NCBI RefSeq assembly: GCF_009914755.1
Contig: NC_060939.1
Reading direction: 5' to 3' (one strand)
DNA length: 64,000 nt
From: the human T2T-CHM13v2.0 reference genome, Homo sapiens
In this document: in pieces, positions 43,512 through 56,991 of the stretch
Layout of the letters: each line of letters starts with the position of its first letter
How positions within the stretch are numbered: position 1 is the stretch's first letter
Program-made: the position numbers and the translations under genes
The notes under the pieces: model-generated
Databases searched by the model: none
Seen by the model: only the letters and a program-made list of their open reading frames with translations
What the model was told of the DNA's origin: nothing

Positions 43512-45972
43512 TAAGTCGCACCACAGCACCTTCTCACGCCTCTCAGGCAGCACCTGTGCTGTGGTGCTTTTGTGAGCAATTAGGGGTAGGGACTGTGTTT
43601 TCATCATCTTTGTGTCCCTAGGGCTGACACACTGAGGTCAATCAGGGTTTGTCGACTGAATGAATCACAGGATATGTTAGTGAGCCCCATGGCCCAGCCC
43701 CTGCCTGGGGTCTGCATTTGTTGCTGGTCTGGACAGCCCGAGGAAGGTCAGAGCCAGGGAGAAGTAGACCTGGAGTGGTGACGGCCGCAGCTTCCCCATC
43801 CTCTGAGAGAGAAGCAGCCCGAACTCATAGCTCCCCCTGGTGGAACGTGCTGCTGCTCCCTGATAAAGTTTTGTTTTGGAAAACTTTGGGTGTGGGGAAT
43901 TTCGTGTCACAGCTGAGATCATTGAAGACTGGGGAATGAACCCCTAGTCAAGCGTCTCTGCCTTCAGATCCGTCTGTCATCCTGATGGAGTCCTCCCAGG
44001 CCGCCCTCTGCTCTCCCATAGGGAAGGGAGGAGGGTCACCTGGGTAGACACTGCCCAAGGCAGCCGCTGAGCCTTCCCCACAAGAATTGCTGAAGTTCTG
44101 TCTTTAGGGTTCAAGAAGAGGAAATCAAGCTCTGGCCTTTGGAGGCAGAAGCAGGTCATCTTGGGCAAATCAAGAGAGCAATGAACCGAAAGCCAGGACA
44201 CCTGGTTTCTGGCTCCAACTCTTGTGCCTCCTCTATGGCCTTGGACAAGAGACAGCACTTCCTGTGTCTCCCTGTCCTCAACTAAAAACAAAAAGATGGA
44301 CTACAGCCTCTGAGTCCTTCTAGCTCTTCCACTATCTGAAACAGTAAACCCAGTATTATGAATGCCACAGTCCTACTCATTCAAAACAAGAGACAGTGAC
44401 TTTGAGGGAGGACTGGGTCCCTTCCCTCTCCCTCATCCTTCTCCTACCCTTAGTGAGGTCCAGCTTTAACAACCTTTGGCATTTGAATGCTCAGGTTAGA
44501 ATGGGGCGAGTTTCCTAGTGTAATATGCGATATGATCAGACACATCGGACACTGGCGTCAGCCGCGGCAGGAAGCATCCCCTCCTTTGCCTCTCACTCCC
44601 ATCTACATGACACCCCCATCATCATCTCTACACCTCCCTGGCCACCCCATTTGGGCAGTCTTGTGCTAGTAGAAAAAGACAACTGACCTACCACCTGCTC
44701 AGTAGTCCCCCTCTCAAGACACACTCTTTCCTCCGATGCTTCTCACTGAATCTTGTGGTTCCCTGCTGCCATGTTATATAGGGCTATTGCCACACGGAGG
44801 TGGCGTGGGGGGCAGTTCTGCGGTGGATAACCCCCATAGTGAGAACTGGCCTCTTCAAGGAGGTGTATCTTCTAAGGAAGCTAAGTTTGGATGCAGTGGT
44901 TAGGAGGCTGTACTGCTCTATGCCGCGCCACGGACTGGGACCTGACGGAGAAGCAGAGCTGAATTCGACCCTGTAATTGCTGGGAGAGATGGGTCTCACC
45001 AAGGAATGCAGCTGTGAGGTGCCAGGACTAGACGGGGCCAAATGGCAGCAGTAAACCCCAGGTATTCAGAGGAAGGAGAACTCCTGTGTACTGAGATGTG
45101 CAGGGACCTTCCCAAGCCTCACTATTCTCTAGTTTCTTCACGGTTTCTTGATAGACTTCAAGTCTGTTATGCTCAAATGCATATCCACAGATGCACACAG
45201 TTCATGTTTCTTCTGCTGCTCAGTGGCACCCTCTGGTGTTTTCTTTTAGCCTAATGTTCCTGAATTTTCATTCCTGGAGTTACGTACCTTTTGAATTATA
45301 ATTCACTTTTACAATACAGCCTAGAGTTGGAATCTGTCAAATCATACAGCCTCCAGGAGCTAAGGGGCATGAGATTCCATGCCATAGTTTAATGTATCCA
45401 GCCACTTACTTCACAAGAAAATGGTTTTCACAGTCATGACTTTGCAACAGCCCTTCTCACCTGCTGACTTTCTTCTTAACTTAGCAGGCTGTGAAACTCT
45501 TTTTTTAAAATTTCAGCAGGGAGTAAAGGAATAACCCCCACACTTAGAGTTAGAAACCCTAAGTTCAACCTCTGGCTCTGCCTCTTACTTGTCTTCATGG
45601 GCCAGTTGCTTCTCATTTTTTGCTTATAAAATGAAAAGATTGGACTAGATCCTCTTTTACAGCCCCCTTGCAGCTCTAAGAATCTTTGAGGGGGCATTTC
45701 AGGAGGTCAACAAACATCTGGGCATTAGTGAAGTGGGGGTCACATGGCTAGTAAGTGGTCACTCAGATGCAAATTCATTCTGACTTTGGTGATTATTCTG
45801 ACACCACACCACTGTCTCCCTGTTGCCTCTGCTAGCACAGCCAGTCATTGTCTCTTACAGCCTCACTGCTCACAGCATTGCCCAAGGACCAGCAGAGCAG
45901 GCATTACCTGGGAGCTTGTAAGGAATGCAAAATCCCAGCCCTCACCCCAGACCCACTAACTCAGTTTAATAG

Positions 45973-46521
<549 letters not shown>

Positions 46522-47144
46522 TGTGCTGCATTCGGCTCCCTTCAGCAAATTTCAGGGGTTTTCTGGGACCAGTTCTCCCCCAACAGGAAACTTGTTTTTT
46601 TAACGTCAGCCAGATATTTAGAAAATAACCTCAAAAGTGTTTATATGGTCAGTGAGCCCCGCTTAGTGAAATAGCAACAGATTGGAAGTTGAAATGGCTG
46701 AGATTTGGTGATCTCCCCACAGCTGGCTCTGCAAGTTACCTCTTTCTCCTTGGGCCTTAGTTTCCCCATTGGTAATCTGAATTGGCTAAGATGATTGGGG
46801 AGATTTTCTGTACCTGTAGGTAATTTGGTGATTCTTGGTGGCTGCTCTTCTCACAACTTTTATGTATCTGCTTCTGTCGTTTAGCTTTTTTAGCCACATG
46901 CTGACCAAATTTACCTTTGAGTTGATAAGTCCAGTGGCTTGAGTAGTGAATCCCTCAGTGCTGACTTATATCTTGTTCTTTGAAAAAATGCATTGACTCT
47001 TTAAGACATCTAAAGTATCACATTATCCATAATTTATTGCTTTTCTTTGCATCTGCACCTGCCACCACAGAATAACCATTACCCTCAGCTGCTGATTGGG
47101 CAGCTCTGAGATTAGCAAAAGCCAGGGACAGCTACATGTTCAGG

Positions 47145-47311
47145 TTTTTTTTTTTTTTTTTTTTTCAATAAGCTATTTTTTTTCTTTTCTTATTTTAAAT
47201 AGAGAGAGAGTCTTGCTATGTTTCCCAGGCTGGTCTTGAACTCCTGGGGCTCAAGTGATCCTCCTGCCTTGGCCTCCCAAAATGCTGGATTACAGGCATG
47301 TGTGCCTGGCC
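47145..47311 (-). mobile_element. Alu left monomer (FLAM-like), antisense in the 3' UTR
   Basis: Poly-T, then cccaggctggtcttgaactcctggggctcaagtgatcctcctgccttggcctcccaaa; TSD caggttt. Confidence 0.85.
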
Positions 47312-47552
47312 CAGGTTTCTTAATAAAACAGAATCATGATCTTCCAGGTTCCCCCCAGTTTCTGATCATGTTGATTTGTAGCTGTGGATCATGAACACTG
47401 AATCCTCAGATCACTCTGACTTCTTATGCTTCTCCTGTGGATCCACTATCAAAGTACTAAATGCTGTGTAAGTAGACGTTAATCTGGCTGGAACCATGGG
47501 AAGCACTTTGCAGTGTTCAGAAGAGAGGCTCCATTTGTGGCTATTATGTAGA

Positions 47553-47757
47553 ACTGGGCCAGAGCCAGTCCATTGCCTGTTTTTTTAAATAAGGTTTTAC
47601 TGAGCACAGCCACACTCATTTGTTTATGCAGTACGGCCTGACATTGCTTTTGCTCTGCAACAGCAGAGTCGAGTCATTGCAACAAAGAGCATATGGCCCC
47701 ACAGTGCCTAAAATATTGACCAGCTACCCCTTTATGGAAAAAGATTGCTGACTCCTG
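47553..47757. mobile_element. MER58A in the 3' UTR
   Basis: aaataaggttttactgagcacagccacactcatttgttta...cctaaaatatt...ccctttatggaaaaagattgctgactcctg. Confidence 0.75.
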
Positions 47758-48288
47758 ATAAAGAATATAAAGTGAGCCTGATTCTTGAAAAAATCAGAAC
47801 CAGAGCCTGTTTTGTTTTGTTCTAAACTAAGAAGCCGCATAGGATGTGACTTGCGTTTTGAGTAGAGGGGAAGGCTGATAACGGCGTAAGATGAAGTGGC
47901 CCTCCACAAAGGCTGGTTAGGGGACAGTTCTTTCTCTAACATAGTTTTAAAGGATGTGATCTGGTCCCCTTGGATGCCAGGAGAGAATCCAGTTGAACTT
48001 GCTCCTAAATGCTCTTAAATATGCATATTTTCTGCCAACTCACTTCTTTAAACATCTTTCAGCCCAGCGCTGCGGCCCCGGGAAGGGCCACTGCGAATAG
48101 AGAGGAAGCTGGAAAAGTTCCTGGGGCTCTGCAGCCAGGAAGGGGAACCAGGGCAAATCTTATGTAAAGATTTTTCAGCAACTTGTCCCAATTTGTGTGT
48201 ATTCTGAAACTTTCTCTTTGGGACCAAATTCATTCTCAATGGCCCTGAGTTCAATATATTATTAACAGCAGTATTTTAAAACTTAGGG

Positions 48289-48420
48289 TTGAACTGGGCA
48301 TGGTGGCACATAACTGCAATCCCAGCTACTTTGGAGGCAGGGATGGGAGGATCACTTGAGGCCAGGATCTCAGGACCAGCCTAGAGAGATCCCATCTCTA
48401 AAAAATAAAATATAAGAAAA
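48289..48420 (+). mobile_element. Alu monomer (FLAM-like), sense in the 3' UTR
   Basis: ctgggcatggtggcaca...ggaggatcacttgaggccagga, A tail; TSD taaaacttaggg at 48277-48288 and 48421-48432. Confidence 0.85.
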
Positions 48421-49741
48421 TAAAACTTAGGGGATATACAGATTTAAATATTCAAATCTCCCTGCTCCCCTGAAAGTCCCCAGGCAGCTGTCAATGACTT
48501 GTTTGTTGTGTTCTCAATATGATGGCTATTTGAAACTTCACCTACTTTTCATTAGATTGGTTGTACCATGTCACCTTAGCTTTTAAAAATACTCTTTTCA
48601 GATTCACGTTCTCTAACAAAGAGTCTCATGTTCAAGATCAATATGTCTAATAAGTGCTGGTGTCCTTTTAAAGTATTTAAATATATATGTTGCTGTTGCT
48701 GAATACAGGAGACCAGGTTAGGAATATAGTTTCATAATAATAGTACATACAATACTAATTGTATATAAGGTAGCAACCAAAAGAGGTTGTTAATTAGCAC
48801 ATATTCCTTTTAGAAAAATGTTTCAGAAACCTCAGTCTTGATATCTGAGCTATCTGGGCTCCCTTACTTGTGAGTAAGGGATCATGCTCACCACTGGAGA
48901 AGCTTACACCGGGACTTTTTTTCTTTTTTCTTTTTTTTTTGCTATGACAGAGTAATGCTAACGTAAGGACAACTGAGTTTGATCAGTGTTTAATCGCAGT
49001 GGGTAATCTTATCTGATTGTCTTTAAAAGTGAAAAGGATTAAGATTTTATTCTTTCTTGTAAACATTACTTGATTTTTTAAAGAAGTTTTGGGCTCACTG
49101 CTAAAATAGAGTATACAACTGAATGTTTTTAAGTCAAGATACTGTTTTAGGAGTTTACCCTCTCATTTATAACCAAAGTTGCTCTAAAACACTTTCCAAA
49201 TATCTGCACTTCTGATGTCAGAATCAAACCAGATAATTCTCTAATTCTTCTTTAATCTAAAGTAGATAGCTTCCCACTGGAAAGTAAACAAAACCATCCC
49301 TCCCAACCTCAAAGCTAGGCCACACTCTATTTCAAGGCATTTTCTTTCAGCTGATAAGGTGTCCTCCTGAAGCCAAGTAGGTGGTTCTGGTCTCCAAGTA
49401 TCGTTAAGCACAGGTGCTATGACAGAAAAAGTTCTGGGGTGGAAGTTTTAAGATGAGGAGTTCTGATCTTAGGCATCTTAACAGTCACAAGGTGAAAAGT
49501 CAAATGAAACAGTACAATTCTTGATGAGTGAGGTGTCATCTTCCAACCACACAGAGGACGTTTTGGCTATGATCATCTGATGGCAAGTGAAGGAGAAATG
49601 AGTGATAGGGCTTTGCGTTTTCATCCAGATGCTGTGGCCCTGTGTTTCACAGCATTAAGAGCCATAATTTCCAACCTGCACAGATCCTGAACAACAAATG
49701 AATAACGATGAATGTCTTTTTGGTTGTAATTTAACAAGTCA

Positions 49742-49747
49742 AATAAA
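49742..49747 (+). terminator. Probable main GLDN polyadenylation signal AATAAA
   Basis: Canonical hexamer, upstream TGTA at ~49725, GU-rich element ~40 nt downstream. Confidence 0.7.
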
Positions 49748-50301
49748 ATAATCATTGCTGAGCACAATCACATGTTGAAACAAGTGTGTTGTTATTTTTA
49801 CCTCTTGTTAATGTATACGTAACATTTAAAAGAAAAAATCCAAAACAATATTGTGGTAGAATTATATTAGTTGCTCCTCTGTGGAAACTCAATTTGCTAG
49901 CTCCTTCTGAATACAGTACTGAAAAATTGTTGATATGGACTGTCTCTTCTCTATAAGAAAACATGAGCGATGGAAATCTAGTACTAGAACTGGGTTATAC
50001 GTAGACATAAATGCAATCAAGCTTTGCCAATTCATCAGCATGGGCAAGGCAATTGAGGACATAATATTTGAGGCTAAAAATTGAAAGAACAAAAATTTAA
50101 AACTGGATTTATGTGAATTTGGGCAAGTCTCTTAATCCCTCAGAGCCTCTTTCATCTATAAAACATGTCTAAAAAAAAGTAATAGTATTTACTTCCTTTG
50201 GTTTTTCTATGTGAAATGCTCTGATAATTATACAGTTTTTGGCAAATTATAATTGTTACTTTTATTGTTCCTCCCTGCAGGGAGCCAGAGTGACCCTGTT
50301 C

Positions 50302-50766
50302 TTTTTTTCTTTTCTTTTTTTATACTTTAAGTTCTAGTGTACATGTGCACAACGTGCAGGTTACGTATGTATACATGTGCCATGTTGGTGTGCTGCACCC
50401 ACCAACTCGTCATTTACATTAGGTATATCTCCTAATGCTATCCGTCCACCCCACCATCCCATGACAGGCCCTGGTGTGTGGTGTTCCCCACCCTGTGTCC
50501 AAGTGTTCTCATTGTTCAATTCCCACCTATGAGTGAGAACATGCGGTATTTGGTTTTCTGTCCTTGCGATAGTTTGCTCAGAATGATGGTTTCCAGCTTC
50601 ATCCATGTCCCTACAAAGGACATGAACTCATCCTTTTTTATGGCTGCATAGTATTCCATGGTGTATATGTGCCACATTTTCTTAATCCAGTCTATCATTG
50701 TTGGACATTTGGGTTGGTTCCAAGTCTTTGCTATTGTGAATAGTGCCACAATAAACATACGTGTGC
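50302..50766 (-). mobile_element. 5'-truncated primate L1 (roughly L1PA4-6): 3' UTR plus end of ORF2
   Basis: Poly-T then tatactttaagttctag; ORF 50516..50758 is the ORF2 C-terminus ([12 protein letters not shown]...SLIGGN); older than L1HS (caactcgtcatttaca). Confidence 0.92.
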
Positions 50767-50767
50767 T

Positions 50768-50902
50768 TATTCACATGGTGTCCCTAACCATTTCTGCAGC
50801 CCTAGATAAGGCCATAAGAACAACAGGGGCTGCTATAAAGACCCTGTTGTTCTTATGGCCTTATCTAGGGCTGCAGAAATGGTTAGGGACACCATGTGAA
50901 TA
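50768..50902. repeat. Perfect inverted repeat, 61-bp arms with 13-nt spacer
   Basis: 50768-50828 is the exact reverse complement of 50842-50902, checked base by base. Confidence 0.97.
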
Positions 50903-52029
50903 GTTTCCATGGGCTGAGACCAAGGACCTGGTAGATCAGGTAACGCTGTCACAACGCCAAAAAAAATGGTCCCTTAGTTATACAACATATTTACATAAAA
51001 CTCCCCAAATAATGAAAAAATGGTTCAAGTACCTGTTACCTTGACCTATAGAGCTTCTTTCTAACCTTCCCTAGAAGTGCCTGTTACTGGACTTTTGTAA
51101 TTGAAATATTACAAAGTGAAAAAGTCCAAGGAGAAAATAATAGTCTCACCCCTTTAAGTGGACCATTCAGACCATGCATGTGATTTTAAGATCCCTAATC
51201 TTCTATCTATTCACTGTAAAGGTTTTAAATAAGGATGAAATTTGTCTTTCAGTCCCGCTACTGTTTCCTCCAAACACTCTGCTATGATCCAGCTCAACAA
51301 CTGAGTTAAGCTTTAATAAAGAAGTGGTTTAAACTACTTCTAAAATCAGATTCTTGTGTCTAGCAACATGGCATTGTCAATGTCCCAAGCCGCTTGCCCA
51401 GAGGCCACATCCACAATTGCAGGATGAGAAAAGGTCAACACTGGATGGGACCCCTACAGAACACTCGATCCCACTGTCATTTTAAAGTCTAGGAAAGTGA
51501 GACCAGAGGAGATTCATGACTAATTCACCCCACGTGCAGCTTCAGTGCCAGAGTCAAGAGGAAACACTGTTCCTGACTTTATGTTTTCCACCTCATCCCA
51601 CCGCTTCCAAAGATTGGATTTGGTTCTTATAACTGGAAAGTGGAAAAATTAACTTTGAATGCTTTTTAGGGCACTCCTTTTTAAAAAGCTATGTCTAGAG
51701 AAATATGCCAAACCCAGCCTCATCTTGCAGAGAAGTTCCATCACTCGGTAATGCCCAGCCTCACCTTCTGGAGCAGATACACACGCCCAAGTCCAGCACT
51801 ACTTGTTACTCTCAAGATTACCACCACTGGACAGCCCTTCCTGGCCCAGTGCTTTAGAAACATCAAAGTAGCTGCCACTTGGTGCTCATCATCTCTATGC
51901 TGTGGTGTCTCCTGGGCAATCTGCACACGTGATTTCACTCAATCATGCCCAAGTGGAAAAGTCCTTAGATATCACCCCTTCCCTCTACGTGACGTTTAAA
52001 TCCTCTCTACAAATGCAGTGAACACTGCG

Positions 52030-53180
52030 ATGCACTCACAACTTGGATTCTACTTCAGAAAAGACATTTTGCTTTTGGTGCTGGAAGTGCTGTCAACATA
52101 TAGCCTTCAGCTGTCAGCCCCTACAGAAATGGTCAGAGCTGCAGAGAGCCGCTTTGCCCAAGGAAGCGCCTCATCATCCAATGACTGATCGGTGTGAGAG
52201 TGTAAAGGCCTAGACATCTCAGCCCACCTTGGAATTACTCTAAAGAGCAATTCTAGTGCCAGAGTACCCCATGGTTCAGCCAAGTCTGTCACCGTGCCTG
52301 TAGATTGACTTTCTCTGTCCTTCCTGCTTCTGGCACCTCCTTTCCACAGGTGTTGATCCTAAGGGCTCTTCTTAATGACATCATGCTGACTAAACTCCAT
52401 CTCAGAGTTTGCTTCCCAGGGAACCCAACCTGTTGTAGAATTGCCACATAAAATACAGGATTCCAAGCTACATTTTAATTTCAAATTGACAGAAAAATTA
52501 TAGTAAAAATATGTCCCAGATATTGCATGAAATATACTAAAAAATGTATTTGTTTATTTAAAATTCAAATTTAACTGGGAGCCTTGCATTTATATTTACT
52601 GAATCTGGCAATCCTAACCAGGTATGATCCCAGAAAGAAGCCACTGAAATGGGGCTTTGGTGCTGGATCACTCACCATCCTTCCTTCATTGAGGACCCCA
52701 GGTTGGTAATAGATAAAGCACAAATATCACCTGGGACAAGGAATTGGTCTAATTGCTCAAACTTTCATTGGTGATCAACTGGCATGGTATAGCGGTAGAA
52801 AGGAAGGCATTAGCTGATGTGATGTGTCAGATGTTTGAGATTTGGGCGAAATAGGGACTGAAAGGATAATAAAATCAGGTGGCTACTGCTAAGCTTGATT
52901 GGCCCACTGAAAACAGATAAAAAGCTGAGCGTGACTAATCACCAATAGAAAACTGAGTGAGAAAGCTAAGGGCCTCCTAACCCGCTCCTTACACCTCCAG
53001 CTTATAAAGAGACTCTTGTCTCCTGCAGAAGGGGAGAAAAATCTCAGGATCAGACCCTGTACTTAAAGATCAGAGTTACCAACCTCCAAAGAAGATTAAA
53101 CTCCCAACAAAAGAAGACCTGCTATGCCAAGGTTAGAACATGAACAGAGACAGACTGGGGCTCTGACATATGGGATAAGA
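52030..53180 (+). mobile_element. Old ERVL LTR plus adjacent internal-like sequence, interrupted by a MER53-like DNA element (~52435-52617)
   Basis: LTR end ctccatctcagagtttgcttcccagggaacccaacctg; MER53-like aaaatacagga...aaattcaaatttaactgg...aatctggcaatccta. Confidence 0.5.
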
Positions 53181-53267
53181 TGTCTGTGTTGGCCACTTCC
53201 AAGTTGCAGTTTGTGTAGACTTTGTGGGCATTTGGAAGTAAAGGGGAAATTCAAAGATGGGTTAAAT

Positions 53268-53630
53268 CAAGTTTGTTGGCAAACTTTTTCTATAGAAGAC
53301 CTGATAACAAATATTTTAAGCTTTGTGGGCCACACGGTCACTGTTGGAACTACTCACCTCTGCCATTGTAGTTGAAAACTATAACATGTAAATAAATGAG
53401 CATGGCTCTATTAAAACTTTATGGACACTGAAATTTGAATTTTATATAATTTTTACATCTCACAAAATTCTGTTTATTTGACTTTTTCTTTTGTTCTCAA
53501 ACTTTTGACAAGCATCTTTGACTTTTAAAAAATATTTACACAGTAAAAACTATTTTTAGTTTGCAGACCATACAAAAACAGGTAGTGGGCCAGATCTAAC
53601 CTGAAGGACATAGTCTGCCACCCCCTGGGA
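53268..53630. mobile_element. MER58B-like DNA transposon
   Basis: ttggcaaactttttctata...aaaactttatggacactgaaatttgaatt...aaaacaggtagtgggccagat. Confidence 0.7.
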
Positions 53631-54199
53631 TAATCATGCTACCTCAAATTGTACTTTCCATTAAGAACATTGTTTTGGCCATTGCTAGAATATGGGAGCC
53701 ACTGTGCCAACTTAAAGATAGCTGCACACATAGGGTACAATAGTTTTTACTTTACTTTCTCCAAAGAAGCTAGGAAAGAAATACTATGGTGGTGGCAACA
53801 TCAATGTTGTTCATGTTATTGAGTGCTGACCATGTGCCAGGCACCATGCTAAATGCTTCAAGTGTGTTAACTCGTACAATTCTCATGGGAAGCCTATAAG
53901 GTATAGTCTTTTTTAAATCAATTTTCCAGATTGAAAAATTAAGAAGCTCACCCACTGTCGCTCAGTTTGTAAGTGGTGAAGTTGGGATTCAAATTCAGGC
54001 AGTCTGACACTAGAGTTCATGCTTTTAGCAACCACTCTTACTTGCCTCTAAGAATACCTACGATTCCTCTATGCTTTTTGGCTCCCTCTGACCTTTCTAT
54101 TGTAGTGATAAGGGTTAAAGACATCCACATAGGAGGAGACTCAGCAAGTCCTTTTCTGTTTTTTTGTCTTTTGGTCTCTCTTGTCCTTAGGAGTCTGAC

Positions 54200-55015
54200 A
54201 AGGTAATGTGAGGTTGGCAAGCTGATCCCTTTGGTAAAAGATGGATCTGTATTTCTATTTTCACCCTTGCCATCTCTCTCTCTCTATCCCCCAACTTGTG
54301 CTCTGGAATATACTTTTGCTAATACTAACATATGCACTCCAGCTTTCTTTTGGTTCATGTTAGCATAGGATATCTTTTTCCTTCCTACTATTAATCTATG
54401 GGTGTCATAGTAAAGTGGGTTTTTTTGTAGGCAGCATATAGTTAAGCTTTGTGTTTTTTTTCTTTTTTTACCTAACAACTTCTGCCTTTTAATTGAGATA
54501 TTTAGACCAGGGATTAGTAAACTACAGCCTGGTGGGCTGCCTTTTTTTTGTACTAATGTTTTATTAAAATGCAGCTACATCTATTTGTGTATCGTCCATG
54601 GCTGCTTTTATGTCATAATAATAAAGTGATATAGTTGCAACAGAAACTTTACCGTCTATGAGCTTAAAATATTTATGATTGGCCCCTTTAAGAAAAGGTT
54701 TGAAGACTCTCGGTCTGGACAATTTACATTTTTTTTTCTTCCCAACTCCTTAGTTTAGACCATTTACATTTCATGCAATGGATATGCATTTATTGATATG
54801 GTTGGTTTAAATCTACCACCTTGTTATTGCTTTATCTGTTCTTTGTTCCCTTTTTTCTTTTTCTGCTGACTTTTGAATTGACTGTGTTCTAAAATTTCAC
54901 TTTATTTCCTTTCTTGGATTTTTAGTTATAATTTGTGTAATTGTTATTTCTGTGTTATTTTACTTTAGGGTTTATAATGTGTATGTTTTTTCAGAGCCTT
55001 TTTAAAAACTAATTT
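54200..55015 (-). mobile_element. Old L1M fragment with a MER58A-like insert (~54508-54713)
   Basis: Antisense ORF2 EN-like text (cactccagctttcttttggtt, ttttgtaggcagcatatagtt, tttagaccatttacattt). Confidence 0.65.
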
Positions 55016-55021
55016 TTTGGA

Positions 55022-56991
55022 AGGAGGTGGAGCAAGATGGTGAAAGAAGCCTCCAGCAATCATCCTCCCCACAGGAACATCAAATCTAACTACTATCTAC
55101 ACAAAAAACACCTTAAGAAGCCAAAAAATCAGGTGAGCAATCACAGTACCTGGTTTTAACTTACCACTGAAAGAGGCACTAGAGAGGGTCTGAAAGACAG
55201 TCTTGCATTGCCAATGCCACAGTGGCCCCATGCACAGAGAGAATCTGTCCTTGGGGGAGGGAGAGGACAGTAATTGTGGGACTTTGCATTTGAACTCAGT
55301 GCTGCCCTGTCACAGTGGAAAGCAACACCAGGCAGAAATCAACTAACCCCATAGAGAGAACATTTAGATGAGCCCTAGCCAGAGGGGAGTCATCCCTTCC
55401 AGTGGCCAGAAATTGAGTTCCGCAAGCCTCGCCGCTGCAGGCTAAGGTGACTTGGGTTCCAACTAACCTTGAGAAGCAGTCTAGGCCACAAGGACTACAA
55501 CTCCTAGGTGAGTTCTAGTGCTGTGCACTTGGAGCCCGTGGACTTGGGGGGCATACAATCTGGTGAGATACCAGCCGGGGCAGCCGAGGGGGTGCCTGGA
55601 CCACCTCTCCCCCAGGCTCAGGCCACACAGCTCACAGCTCAGAAAGAGACTTTCCTTCCAGTTGAGGTGAGGAGAGGGACGAGTAGAGAGGACTTTATCT
55701 TGAAACTTGGAAACCAGTTCAGCCACAGTAGACTAGGGCACTGGGCAGTGTCCTAAGACACTCATTCTAGAGCCTAGTTCCCAGGCAACAATTCTGGACA
55801 TACTCTGGGTCAGAAAGGAACCCACTGTCTTAAAGGGAAGGACCCAGTCTTGGCAGGATTTATCACTTGCTGAGTAAAGGGGCCTTTGGGCCCTGAATAA
55901 TCAGCAGTGGTCGCCAGGTAGTACATGTCGTGGGCCTTGGGTGAACCTCTGAGACTTACTGGCTTCAGGTGAGACCCAGCACATTCCCAGCTGTGGTGGC
56001 TGTGGGGAAAGACTTCTTGTTTAAAAAAAAGCAGAGGGAAGAATAAAGAGGACTTCGTCTTGCAGCTTAGCTAACAGGTGGGTCATAGTGGGGTGGAGCA
56101 CCAAGTGGGTGCCAAGGGGGTTTGGGGTCCCTGATTCCAGGCCTTCACTCACAGACGGTATTTCTGGACCTGTCCTGGGCCAGAGGGGAGCCCACTGCTC
56201 TGAAGCGTGAGTCTCAGGTCTGGCAGCATTTACCACAAGCTGACTGAAGAGCCCTTGGGCCTTGAGTGGACATTGGCAGTAGCCTGGCAGTACTCCTCAT
56301 TGGCCTGTAGCAGTGGTGGCGATGGGAAGAGACTCTTCTTGTGGAAAAGGGAGAGAAGAGTGAGAAGGCTTGTCTTTTGGCTTGAGTGCCAGCTCAGCCA
56401 CAGTAGAAGAGAGCACCAGGTAGATTCCTAAAGTATCTGACTTCAGGCCCTGGCTGCCAGACAGCACTTCTGGACCCATCCAGGGATGGAGGGAACTCAC
56501 TGCCCTAAAGCAAAGAACACAAGCCTGGCTGGCATTGCCACTTGCTGATTATAGAGCTTTGAGCAAACATAAGTGGTAACCACATAGTCATTACAGTGGG
56601 CCTTGGATGAAACTCAGTGCTGTGCTGGCTTCAGGGCTCACCCAGTGCAGTCCCAGTGGTGGTGGCCATAAGGGTGCTTATGTCACTCCCTCCCCCAGCT
56701 CCAGGCAGCACAGCATAGAGATAGTGACTCCATTTGTTTGGGAGAAAGTAAAGGAAGAGAACAAGATTCTCTGCCTGCTAATACAGAGAATTCTGGATCT
56801 CATCCAGGTCCACCAAGGTAGTATCTTTGATTCTGCACAAGCCACAGTATTGTTGGGCATGGAGTACCTCCTAATGCAGATACAGCTGCAGTGACCAAAG
56901 ACATAAATCACAACACCTAAGTCCCTTTGAATACCTGGAAAGCCTCCCCAAGAAGGACAGGTATGAACAAACAACAACCATAATAAATACC
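55022..56991 (+). mobile_element. Old L1 5' UTR (L1PBa/L1MA-type 5' end) with internal repeats
   Basis: Begins gaggtggagcaagatgg...aatcaggtgagcaatcacagtacctggttttaac; repeated blocks such as cactgccct/ctgctctgaag and tgggccttg; ends cccaagaaggacaggta...taataaatacc. Confidence 0.7.

Larger units (their letters stand above)
46522..49770 (+). other. GLDN: GLDN 3' UTR (~3.2 kb; end approximate)
   Basis: Runs from the stop to AATAAA at 49742, followed by CA dinucleotides and a GU/U-rich downstream element (gtgtgttgttattttt). Confidence 0.7.

Noticed and set aside
50768-50902. Hairpin as an annotated miRNA or a MITE
   Set aside because: I recognise no miRNA here, there is no separate TSD around the arms, and the L1-derived loop explains its origin.
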